The notes beneath the pieces are model-generated. The model was not told the DNA's origin and did not search any database. It saw only the letters and a list, made by a program, of their open reading frames with translations. 64,000 nt of DNA from Macrostomum lignano (lineage: Eukaryota). This document shows, piece after piece, positions 1 through 11,634 of this stretch (positions are counted from its first letter, which is position 1; the number at the start of each line of letters is the position of its first letter). Position numbers and translations under genes: made by a program. Location: NCBI GenBank assembly GCA_002269645.1, contig NIVC01003057.1, positions 1 to 64,000 of the forward strand, in the 5' to 3' direction.

Positions 1-18
1 CGCTTGGCTGTTGGGTTG

Positions 19-701
19 GTGAGGAGAATAGCAGAGCTCAGTGAAGGATCGGCTGAGGAGAATAGCAGAGCTCAGTGAAAGATCAGTGAGGAGAATAGCA
101 GAGCTCAGTGAAGAATCGGTGAGGAGAATAGCAGAGCTCAGTGAAGGAGCGGGGAGGAGAATAGCAGAGCTCAGTGAAGGATCGGTGAGGAGAATAGCAG
201 AGCTCAGTGAAAGATCAGTGAGAGAATAGCAGAGCTCAGTGAAGGAGCGGGGAGGAGAATAGCAGAGCTCAGTGAAGATCGGTGAGGAGAATAGCAGAGC
301 TCAGTGAAGGATCGTGAGGAGAATAGCAGAGCTCAGTGAAGATCAGTGAGGAGAATAGCAGAGCTCAGTGAAGGAATCGGTGAGGAGAATAGCAGAGCTC
401 AGTGAAGAATCGGTGAGGAGAATAGCAGAGCTCAGTGAAGGATCGGGGAGGAGAATAGCAGAGCTCAGTGAAGATCAATGAGGAGAATAGCAGAGCTCAG
501 TGAAGGATCAGTGAGGAGAATAGCAGAGCTCAGTGAAGGATCAATGAGGAGAATAGCAGAGCTCAGTGAAGAATCGGTGAGGAGAATAGCAGAGCTCAGT
601 GAAGGATCGGGGAGGAGAATAGCAGAGCTCAGTGAAGAATCGGTGAGGAGAATAGCAGAGCTCAGTGAAGAATCAATGAGGAGAATAGCAGAGCTCAGTG
701 A
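19..701. repeat. 30-bp minisatellite (TRPA1-like intron)
   Basis: Unit GTGAGGAGAATAGCAGAGCTCAGTGAAGGATC-like, about 23 copies with small indels. Confidence 0.95.
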
Positions 702-737
702 GTTGAGGGGATATGAGTTGATGAATCAGACCCTCAC

Positions 738-3700
738 CTGAAGCAGCAGCAGGTTCAGTGCGTTGACCCGATCAAAAATGACAGCCTTGTGCAGCGGAGT
801 CTGCCCATTGATGTCGCGTCGTGCCAAAACGATCGCAGCTCTCTGTGGCTGGTGCCGCAGCATCAGGTCCAGCATTTCGGTTTCACCTTTCAGCGCCCCA
901 AGATGGACGGCGGTGCTGCCGTCCCCAGTTGATTCCACATCGTGCTCGGAAACTTTGTACGGCCTCGGCGGAGTGTCAATCTCGGCGCCCAGCTGCAGGC
1001 AGAGCCGGAGGCAGTCGGGTCACCCGAAGTCACGGCCAGGTGCAGCGGCAGGTTGCCCTCCATGTCTGGGTGACTCATCAGGCCGCAGCTGGCATGCCGA
1101 GAGTCTCACAATTGGCTCTGACCATGAAGTCGAGGCACCGCTTGCTGGCATGGACAACCGACACGTGCACCGGATAGCTTCCCAAGCGATTGGGGATGCA
1201 GAGCTTCAGACCGCGCTGCGTCTAAGTTTGAGTATGGATTGAGTATGGATTGAGTATGGATTGAGTATGCTTGAGTATGGTTTGAGTATGGTTTGAGTAT
1301 GGCTTGAGTATGGCTTGAGTATGGCTTGAGTATGGCTTGAGTATGGCTTGAGTATGGCTTGAGTATGGATTGAGTATGGTTTGAGTAAGGATTGAGTATG
1401 AGTTTGAGTATGGTTTGAGTATGGCTTGAGTATGGATTGAGTATGGCTTGAGTATGGCTTGAGTATGGCTTGAGTATGGTTTGAGTATGGTTTGAGTATG
1501 TTTGAGTATGGTTTGAGTATGGTTTGAGTATGGTTTGAACGCAGTTAAAGCACTGCCTAAGCATGAGTTTCAGTGTGGTTCGAACTGTAAATTTTAACAT
1601 TGTTTTACTTAAAATTGTTCCTAAGTCAATCATTAGTGCTATGGAACATTAATATATATATTGCAATAAACTTTGGTTCAGTTCTAATCTGTTGAAATTC
1701 CCACAAGCACAGTAGGGCTTAGCTCATCTGGAAACACAATAGCGCCAATTCAAATTTACAATATCAACAAAATAACGAGCCCATTGGTGACTCAGTGTAC
1801 ATGTACCTGTGCAAATATCCTATTAGTAAGCGGCCAACTTCTTCAACCCATAGCCATCTATTTGGTGTGATAAGGGGATAGGGCTGGGTGAGACAACTGG
1901 AGTGAATCTGGTAGAGCTGGAGTGAATCTGGTAGGCCTGGAGTGAATCTGGTAGGCCTGGAGTGAATCTGGTAGGCCTGGAGTGAATCTGGTAGGCCTGG
2001 AGTGAATCTAGTAGGCCTGGAGTGAATCTAGTAGGCCTGGAGTGAATCTAGTAGGCCTGGAGTGAATCTGGTAGGCCTGGAGTGAATCTGGTAGGCCTGG
2101 AGTGAATCTGGTAGGCCTGGAATGAATCTGGTAGGCCTGGAGTAAATCTGGTAGGCCTGGAATGAATCTGGTAGGCCTGGAGTAAATCTGGTAGGCCTGG
2201 AGTGAATCTGGTAGGCCTGGAGTGAATCTGGTAGGCCTGGAGTGAATGTCTCACTCACCAGAACCTCCAGCGCCTCAGCCGAGTCATTTAGGCAGGCAAA
2301 GTGAGCGGCCGTGTATCCCTGATAGCCCTGCAGATTCAGCTCGATGCCTGGCGACTGGCACAGCTCCACAATGCAGGCTGTCAGGTTCATCTCGCTGGCC
2401 AGGTGAATTGGGGCAGTTTTGGTTGCTCGCGCCAGCACGTTTGGCTCGGCGCCAAGTCTCAGCAGCTGGCGGACGGCGAGAGGCCGATCCGAGGCCACTG
2501 CCTCGTGCAGCGGGGTCGACCGAAGCTGTCCTGCGCGTTCAGGTCTGGAGGGGAGGGCACAGCCGAGACTAACAATTAGCCTACGAGTTAGGCCATCAAT
2601 TAGAATAATAATTAGTCTACGAGTTAGGCAATCAATTAGACTAATAATTAGCCAACGAGTTAGGCAATCAATTAGATTTATAATTAGCCTACGAGTTAGG
2701 CAATCAATTAGACTAATAATTAGCCAACGAGTTGGCAATCAATTAGATTTATAATTAGCCTACAGTTAGGCAATCAATTAGACTAATAATTAGCCTACAA
2801 GTTAGGCCATCAATTAGACTAATAATCAATTAGGCTAACAGTTAGGCTATCAATTAGAATAATGATTGGGCTTTTGAGTGGGTTGTCAGACAGCACCACG
2901 AAGTAAGAATATCTATTGTGCTGTTAGGGATTAAAATAAAAACCGGCCGTTTAAATAGGCTACTGATTAGACTAACGAAAAGACAAAAAAAATAAGGTAC
3001 TTACTTAACTACCTTTTAGACTAATAAATAAGCTATCAATTAGACTGCCAAATAAACTACTAATTTGGCCTATGAAGACTATGAATTAGGTTACACGAGG
3101 GTAAATTAGACTACAAATTATACTATAAATGATACTACGAAGTAGACTATAAACTAAACTACGAATAAAACTATAAATTAGACTACGAATAAAACTAGAA
3201 ATTAGACTACGAATAAAACTAGAAATTAGACTACGAATAAAACTAGAAATTAGACTATGAATAAAACTAGAAATTAGACTACGAATAAAACTAGAAATTA
3301 GACTATGAATAAAACTAGAAATTAGACTATGAATAAAACTATAAATTAGACTACGAATAAAACTAGAAATTAGACTACGAATAAAACTAGAAATTAGACT
3401 ACGAATAAAACTAGAAATTAGACTACGAATAAAACTAGAAATTAGACTATGAATAAAACTAGAAATTAGACTACGAATAAAACTAGAAATTAGACTACGA
3501 ATAAAACTAGAAATTAGACTACGAATAAAACTAGAAATTAGACTACGAATAAAACTAGAAATTAGACTACGAATAAAACTAGAAATTAGACTACGAATGA
3601 AGCTATAAATTAGACTACGAATAAAACTAGAAATTAGACTACGAATAAAACTAGAAATTAGACTACGAATAAAACTAGAAATTAGACTACGAATAAAACT

Positions 3701-6700
3701 AGAAATTAGACTACGAATAAAACTAGAAATTAGACTACGAATAAAACTAGAAATTAGACTACGAATAAAACTAGAAATTAGACTACGAATAAAACTAGAA
3801 ATTAGACTACGAATAAAACTAGAAATTAGACTACGAATAAAACTAGAAATTAGACTATGAATAAAACTAGAAATTAGACTACGAATAAAACTAGAAATTA
3901 GACTACGAATAAAACTAGAAATTAGACTACGAATAAAACTAGAAATTAGACTACGAATAAAACTAGAAATTAGACTACGAATAAAACTAGAAATTAGACT
4001 ACGAATAAAACTAGAAATTAGACTACGAATGAAGCTATAAATTAGACTACGAATAAAACTAGAAATTAGACTACGAATAAAACTAGAAATTAGACTACGA
4101 ATAAAACTAGAAATTAGACTACGAATAAAACTAGAAATTAGACTACGAATAAAACTAGAAATTAGACTACGAATAAAACTAGAAATTAGACTACGAATAA
4201 AACTAGAAATTAGACTACGAATAAAACTAGAAATTAGACTACGAATGAAGCTATAAATTAGAATAAGAGTTAGTGCTTCTGCCAGTATTGAAATTGTATT
4301 GCAATGAGTTTTCTATGATTTTTAGAAATAGACGAAAAATTCCCTAATCGAAGCATCGACTTATTTCAACTTTCACCACTGATTCCTTATGCAAGGTTTT
4401 ATTGCCACTTTTTGTGTAACCCCAGCAAACAGTCGACTTACTGCAAACACGGTACCACTTTATCGAAATATTTTTCAACTTAATTATTTGCTCAAAGCTT
4501 CGAAGCCATGTTAGGTTTTGCATCAAGATCTCGATCTGTTTGCCATGCAAAAAATAAATATTATAGCCCTGAACTGTAGAAGTGGTTGCCATGGTAACTC
4601 AAGACGAAACTGAAAAATGTTTTTAGAAACCTTCATCTATTTTTTCGCGGCGGGAAATGTTGATACAGGGTGAAAGCAAGACACGAGAACTACTTAGTTA
4701 TTCAGTCTGAACTTTCATAGCTGTAAGGGTTTTCGTAAGCTTCGGATCTGAAGGCTTTTAGGAGCTGAAGGCTTTTAGGAGCTGAAGGCTTTTAGGAGCT
4801 GAAGGCTTTTAGGAGCTGAAGGCTTTTAGGAGCTGAAGGCTTTTAGGAGCTGGAGGCTTTTAGGAGCTGAAGGCTTTTAGGAGCTGAAGGTTCTCAGGAG
4901 CTGAAGGTTCTTAGGAGCTAAAGGTTTTTAGGAGTGAAGGTTCTTAAGAGCTGAAGGTTTTTAGGAGCTGAAGGTTTTTAGGATCTGAAGGTTTTTAGGA
5001 GCTGAAGGCTTTTAGGAGCTGAAGGTTCTTAGGAGCTGAAGGTTTTTAGGAGCTGAAGGTTCTTAGGAGCTGAAGGTTTTTAGGAGCTGAAGGTTTTTAG
5101 GAGCTGGAGGTTTTTAGGAGCTGAAAGCTTTTAGGAGCTGAAGGCTTTTAGTAGCTGAAGGTTCTTAGGAGCTGAAGGTTCTTAAGATCTGAAGGTTTTT
5201 AGGATCTGAAGGTTTTTAGGAGCTGAAGGCTTTTAGGAGCTGAAGGTTCTTAGGAGCTGAAGGTTCTTAGGGGCTGAAGTTTTTTAGGAGCTGAAGGTTT
5301 TTAGGAGCTGAAGGTTCTCAGGAGCTGAAGGTTCTCAGGAGCTGAAGGTTCTTAGGAGCTGAAGTTTTTTAGGAGCTGAAGGTTTTTAGGAGCTGAAGTT
5401 TTTTAGGAGCTGAAGGTTCTTAGGAGCTGAATGCTTTTAGGAGCTGAAGGTTTTTAGGAGCTGAAGGTTCTTAGGAGCTGAAGGCTTTTAGGAGCTGAAG
5501 GTTCTTAGGAGCTGAAGGTTCTCAGGAGCTGAAGGTTCTTAGGAGCTAAAGGTTTTTAGGAGCTGAAGGTTCTTAGGAGCTGAAGGTTTTTAGGATCTGA
5601 AGGTTTTTAGGATCTGAAGGTTTTTAGGAGCTGAAGGCTTTTAGGAGCTGAAGGTTCTTAGGAGCTGAAGGTTCTTAGGGGCTGAAGTTTTTTAGGAGCT
5701 GAAGGCTTTTAGGAGCTGAAGGTTCTTAGGAGCTGAAGGTTCTTAGGGGCTGAAGTTTTTTAGGAGCTGAAGGTTTTTAGGAGCTGAAGGTTCTCGGGAG
5801 CTGAAGGTTCTCAGGAGCTGAAGGTTCTTAGGAGCTGAAGTTTTTTAGGAGCTGAAGTTTTTTAGGAGCTGAAGTTTCTTAGGAGCTGAATGCTTTTAGG
5901 AGCTGAAGGCTTTTAGGAGCTGAAGGTTTTTAGGAGCTGAAGGTTTTTAGGAGCTGAAGGTTTTTAGGAGCTGAAGGTTCTTAGGAGACTGAAGATTCTT
6001 AGGAGAACTGAAGGTTCTTAGGAGACTGAAGGTTCTTAGGAGAACTGAAGATTCTTAGGAGACTGAAGGTTCTTAGGAGACTGAAGGTTCTTAGGAGACT
6101 GAAGGTTATTAGGAGACTGAAGATTCTTAGGAGACTGAAGGTTCTTAGGAGACTGAAGGTTCTTAGGAGACTGAAGGTTCTTAGGAGACTGAAGATTCTT
6201 AGGAGACTGAAGGTTCTTAGGAGAACTGAAAAGTTCGCTGCAACGAAAAGTTTTAGTAACTAAAAAGACTCATCAAGACTGCTCAAGCGGCATGTTACCT
6301 GCTCCCATATCCGCCAGCAGTTGAATCGCGTCCACTCGACCTTGCTTCGCGGCCGCGTGCATCAAACCCTGACCGGTGTCGTCTGTTTCCCTTAGCAGCA
6401 GACGGTTGCTAAGCAGTCTGGATTTAAGCTGCTCAAAGCTGGTATTGGAGATCTGTCGTGGAAATATTAGGCAACAAATAATGCTTGTACGAATTCTATT
6501 TAATATTTCTGCCACCTGTAATCACTAAATGCACTCACAGAGACCAACTCCGATTTATCCAGCTGATATTCGCTTCTATCGAAGGTGTCAGAAGCTGCCA
6601 GAGCGGTCTGCATGGAGACCATAGAAACGTTGAACGAGGCATCCGACTGCTTTTTCAATAGTTTTATCACAGAATTCATTAAGTTTGATCTGTTTGAAAG

Positions 6701-6893
6701 CTAACTATGTATATTCGTTAGATATGATCGACTCGCAAGAAAGCATTTTCTGCTCCGTGATTTTATAGGCCAAGGTTATCAAACCCATAGCTGTCAGGCC
6801 AGGATCAGAGCTTTTGGAATCAGGAGACGATCGAGGCCGGCCAATCAGGAGCAGCCTTGGACAATTGGAAATGTCCAACCATTTTTCCACTTC
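738..6893 (-). CDS. TRPA1: TRPA1-like ankyrin-repeat cation channel, N-terminal exons (partial; gene continues past the left edge and probably has further upstream exons)
   Basis: Exons with GT-AG ends: 6733-6893, 6539-6689, 6299-6452, 2259-2544, 738-1221. The spliced product has consecutive ankyrin repeats (GADLNAQDSFGSTPLHEAV, APIHLAS, GYTAAHFACLNDSAEALEVL, GNLPLHLAVTSGD, STAVHLGALKGETEML, GQTPLHKAVIFD). Their order and spacing match my recollection of TRPA1 ankyrins 2-9. Three 1-bp homopolymer deletions (about 2520, 1081, 1018) must be corrected; exon lengths are short of the required phase by exactly 1 and 2 nt. The channel domain is not in the window. Confidence 0.7.
1226..1537. repeat. 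10-bp tandem repeat ending at the TRPA1-like acceptor
   Basis: Unit TTGAGTATGG with variants, about 31 copies. Confidence 0.95.
1897..2247. repeat. 20-bp minisatellite
   Basis: Unit GGAGTGAATCTGGTAGGCCT, about 17 copies. Confidence 0.95.
2570..2850. repeat. 36-bp minisatellite
   Basis: Unit CTAATAATTAGCCTACGAGTTAGGCAATCAATTAGA, about 8 copies. Confidence 0.9.
3125..4262. repeat. 24-bp minisatellite
   Basis: Unit GACTACGAATAAAACTAGAAATTA, about 46 copies. Confidence 0.95.
4748..6230. repeat. 17-bp minisatellite switching to an 18-19-bp variant at its right end
   Basis: Unit GAAGGYTYTTAGGAGCT; from about 5985 GAAGGTTCTTAGGAGACT. Confidence 0.95.
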
Positions 6894-7055
6894 CTGAAGA
6901 CAAAGTTTGAACTGATGTATAGGGCAGGAGGGTTAGGCCTCGGGTCCTTTGAAACTTCACTATAGCAATCCGGCCCACACAAAGTTTGTGTCTCTTCTTA
7001 GCTCTCTTCTCTCACCTCTCCTTCAACTCTCCTTCTCTCTCTCCCGCAGTCATGC

Positions 7056-8484
7056 GCTAGGTTCTCTACGAGTATCTGTATCTGCTAGGTTCTCTACGAG
7101 TATCTGTATCTGCTAGGTTCTCTACGAGTATCTGTATCTGCTAGGTTCTCTACGAGTATCTGTATCTGCTAGGTTCTCTACGAGTATCTGTATCTGCTAG
7201 GTTCTCTACGAGTATCTGTATCTGCTAGGTTCTCTACGAGTATCTGTATCTGCTAGGTTCTCTACGAGTATCTGTATCTGCTAGGTTCTCTACGAGTATC
7301 TGTATCTGCTAGGTTCTCTACGAGTATCTGTATCTGCTAGGTTCTCTACGAGTATCTGTATCTGCTAGGTTCTCTACGAGTATCTGTATCTGCTAGGTTC
7401 TCTACGAGTATCTGTATCTGCTAGGTTCTCTACGAGTATCTGTATCTGCTAGGTTCTCTACGAGTATCTGTATCTGCTAGGTTCTCTACGAGTATCTGTA
7501 TCTGCTAGGTTCTCTACGAGTATCTGTATCTGCTAGGTTCTCTACGAGTATCTGTATCTGCTAGGTTCTCTACGAGTATCTGTATCTGCTAGGTTCTCTA
7601 CGAGTATCTGTATCTGCTAGGTTCTCTACGAGTATCTGTATCTGCTAGGTTCTCTACGAGTATCTGTATCTGCTAGGTTCTCTACGAGTATCTGTATCTG
7701 CTAGGTTCTCTACGAGTATCTGTATCTGCTAGGTTCTCTACGAGTATCTGTATCTGCTAGGTTCTCTACGAGTATCTGTATCTGCTAGGTTCTCTACGAG
7801 TATCTGTATCTGCTAGGTTCTCTACGAGTATCTGTATCTGCTAGGTTCTCTACGAGTATCTGTATCTGCTAGGTTCTCTACGAGTATCTGTATCTGCTAG
7901 GTTCTCTACGAGTATCTGTATCTGCTAGGTTCTCTACGAGTATCTGTATCTGCTAGGTTCTCTACGAGTATCTGTATCTGCTAGGTTCTCTACGAGTATC
8001 TGTATCTGCTAGGTTCTCTACGAGTATCTGTATCTGCTAGGTTCTCTACGAGTATCTGTATCTGCTAGGTTCTCTACGAGTATCTGTATCTGCTAGGTTC
8101 TCTACGAGTATCTGTATCTGCTAGGTTCTCTACGAGTATCTGTATCTGCTAGGTTCTCTACGAGTATCTGTATCTGCTAGGTTCTCTACGAGTATCTGTA
8201 TCTGCTAGGTTCTCTACGAGTATCTGTATCTGCTAGGTTCTCTACGAGTATCTGTATCTGCTAGGTTCTCTACGAGTATCTGTATCTGCTAGGTTCTCTA
8301 CGAGTATCTGTATCTGCTAGGTTCTCTACGAGTATCTGTATCTGCTAGGTTCTCTACGAGTATCTGTATCTGCTAGGTTCTCTACGAGTATCTGTATCTG
8401 CTAGGTTCTCTACGAGTATCTGTATCTGCTAGGTTCTCTACGAGTATCTGTATCTGCTAGGTTCTCTACGAGTATCTGTATCTG
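7056..8484. repeat. Perfect 28-bp minisatellite, 51 copies
   Basis: Unit GCTAGGTTCTCTACGAGTATCTGTATCT; no variant unit seen. Confidence 0.97.
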
Positions 8485-10489
8485 GCCCATGAGGTAAAAG
8501 GTCTGCCGCGACTCCTGGTTTAGGCACACGAAATTCAAGTGCACGGGTCAAGTTCTTCTTGCCCACTTTTAAATATAAGAATCAAGTTGCCAGCCCTCCG
8601 GATCGTCGAGATATTCAACGATTCTGCCAGAAGGTCGGATTTTTCCCATAAGCACCAGTGTATTCAAATACATGCCTGTGCGCCAATCAGCACTGAGCCT
8701 CAGTGCAGCCTTGCCAAGCCTCCAAATTTCATCAGCACGTCGACCACATGTGTCTGCATCAGCTCTGCCTACGTTGGTCACTGGCTTTCACCCAGGCGGA
8801 GCTTCTGGACCTTCAACAGGCTGGTGCAACTCAGATGATCAGTTATTCTTGACATTAGATCGTAGGCGAACCTCAACTGCTGGGCATCCTCAACTAGTCT
8901 CTCAAGCATGCAGCCATCGTCCTGGCACCGTCGGCACGTTCAGCAGGTGGCACTGGGAAAAATTCAAATGAATTCCAATTTTTAATCCTCAGGTATATAC
9001 AGTTGAAATGAGTTTAAACTCAATTGAAGTCAATTGATTGCGATTAAATTACCAACAGAACTCCTGTCTCTAGGCCAGGACCTCGTGGGGACAGGACAGG
9101 CCTCACAACAAGAGATTCGCTTCACAGTCTCTTCTTGCTACTTTTCAGTAGTCAGTCTCTCATATTCATAGTTGTTGTTGTTAAACGGGGGTGGAAAGCC
9201 AGGGCTTACCGCGGATCAGCCCGAAAGTGGGCTCTAACGCAGGGATCTATCTGTGGGCCATACTGCCAGGGGCATGTAGCCCGAGAGGCCACGATTGGGA
9301 CCAGAGCTCAGGACTCTGGTGAGAACATGGAGTATTGGTGCTACTAGCCCAAACCTACAGTACAAGACACAGCCAACCCAAAAAGTGGAATCAGGGACGG
9401 TGCTAGGACCGAGACCACACAGGCCACCTCCCAGCAGACAAGTCTTCGGGAGTGCGCAGAAAAAATTGGAAATAGCGAAAAAAGCTTGGGTTATTACTGA
9501 AAGCGGTCCGAGAGCAGGGAAACCCCGAAGTCTACGGAAAAGGCTTTAATATTGGAGCGAGTCTGGAAGGCTTGTTTCCGAGGGCGAGTCTCCTATCAAG
9601 AGGTAAAAGTAGACAAAAACCCACGAGGGCATCGCCTATCCAGCTCAATATTGGAGGCCAGGCCAAGGGGTCGGGAAGGGGCACAAGGAGCAAGAGGACC
9701 CGGACTCAGCCGGTATCCCGATTCGGGACGAACATCCAACCCAGGACACCAATCCACTGCCAGGATGAGAGCCAGAGACACTATTTCATATTCATAATTT
9801 CAACCAGTTACAGATAAGTTTCTCAGACAGCAAAGAAATATTTGCAAGTCAAGGCAGGCCATCCACAAGACGATTGTCTTAATTGTCACAAAAAAGGAAA
9901 AAAAGCAATGGTTTATCAGACAAAAAAGCTCGCATGTTTTACATCCCTTAGAATACCAGTAGGTGTAGTAAAAACAATATATTTATTGTGCATACATAAT
10001 TCATACATACTGTCTCGACAGGCCATGCATATCTTTATTGTTTACATCGAATAGGAGAGAAGGAGAGCTCGGTCGTAACAGGCTTGACCTGAATAAGCCC
10101 AAGTACTGCTAGTTACAGTGTTCGCAAACACCCAGTTTTTATCTCTATGACAACGACTGAACACCCGAGGGTTTTGGCCATAGACATTTTTATTACTAAA
10201 TTCAAACAATCTGCAATCTGTAGACAGAATAATTGAAAACAAAGAGAAACATCACATTACAAACGGAAACTAATTCTAATAGCTGGGGGCACCGTGAATT
10301 CCGGCACAGATGAAAGTATAAAATAAATTCAATTTTTACGCATTTAAACAAACAATGCAGAAAGGTAAGCGATAGGAAAAATGGATATAAACTGCAGTTT
10401 TTTTCTTTTCTAACATTAAATGATAATTCACTATTCTTTAGTTGGCCATACTGAAGTTAGTACTGCGTTCGTGTGTCAGACATATTTTA

Positions 10490-11262
10490 AGCCTGTGTCA
10501 GCGATGTTTGACACTCTGTGTCAGTAATGTTTGACAGTCTGTGTCAGTGATGTTTTACAGTCTGTGTCAGTGATGTTTGACAGTCTGTGTCAGCGATGTT
10601 TGACAGTCTGTGTCAGCGATGTTTGACATTCTGTGTCAGCGATGTTTGACAGTCTGTGTCAGTGATGTTTGACAGTCTGTGTCAGTGATGTCTGACAGTC
10701 TGTGTCAGTGATGTCTGACAGTCTGTGTCAGAGATGCTTGACAGTCTGTGTCATTGATACTTGATAGTCTGTGTCAGTAATGTTTGACATTCTGTGTCAG
10801 TGATGTTTGACAGTCTGTGTCAGTGATGTTGGACATTCTGTGTCAGTAATGTCTGACAGTCTGTGTCAGAGATGCTTGACAGTCTGTGTCAGTGATGTTT
10901 TACAGTCTGTGTCAGTGATGTCTGACAGTCTGTGTCAGTGATGTTTGACAGTCTGTGTCAGAGATGCTTGACAGTCTGTGTCAGTGATGTTTTACAGTCT
11001 GTGTCAGTGATGTCTGACAGTCTGTGTCAGAGATGCTTGACAGTCTGTGTCAGTGATGTTTTACAGTCTGTGTCAGTGATGTCTGACAGTCTGTGTCAGT
11101 GATGTTTTACAGTCTGTGTCAGTGATACTTGACAGTCTGTGTCAGTGATGTTTGACAGTCTGTGTCAGTGATACTTGACAGTCTGTGTCAGTGATACTTG
11201 ACAGTCTGTGTCAGTGATACTTGACAGTCTGTGTCAGTGATACTTGACAGTCTGTGTCAGAC
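10490..11262. repeat. 23-bp minisatellite downstream of UBE3A
   Basis: Unit TCTGTGTCAGTGATGTTTGACAG, about 33 copies. Confidence 0.95.
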
Positions 11263-11634
11263 ACAATCAATCGCCAGTCTGTAACATCTGTCAGACAAAA
11301 ATGATATAGAAAACATAGAAATCTATCTGACAGCTGACACTAGATTAAATTTACACAAATCATATCTCAATGCCAGTAATGGCGAAGTGTGGGTAAAAAA
11401 AGCATTATTATTAAGCAAAACTAAAATCCAGAGCCACATTGGGTTAAGGTTAAGAAAAGTTGGCGCATTAAAAATGTTAGTCACATATTTTAAAGCTGAT
11501 CATGAGCAAAACTACTGACAACAGTAGTATCTGTATGCTGTCAGTCTGAGCCCACAGACAATAATATTTATAACTCTCTCATTTATCAGATTAGCACCCT
11601 GACAGTTTAGCCAACACAAGCATGAGGATTGATT

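Noticed and set aside
41-741. RRIAELSEGSV repeat ORFs
   Set aside because: Translation of a 30-bp intronic minisatellite; the frame is broken by indels.
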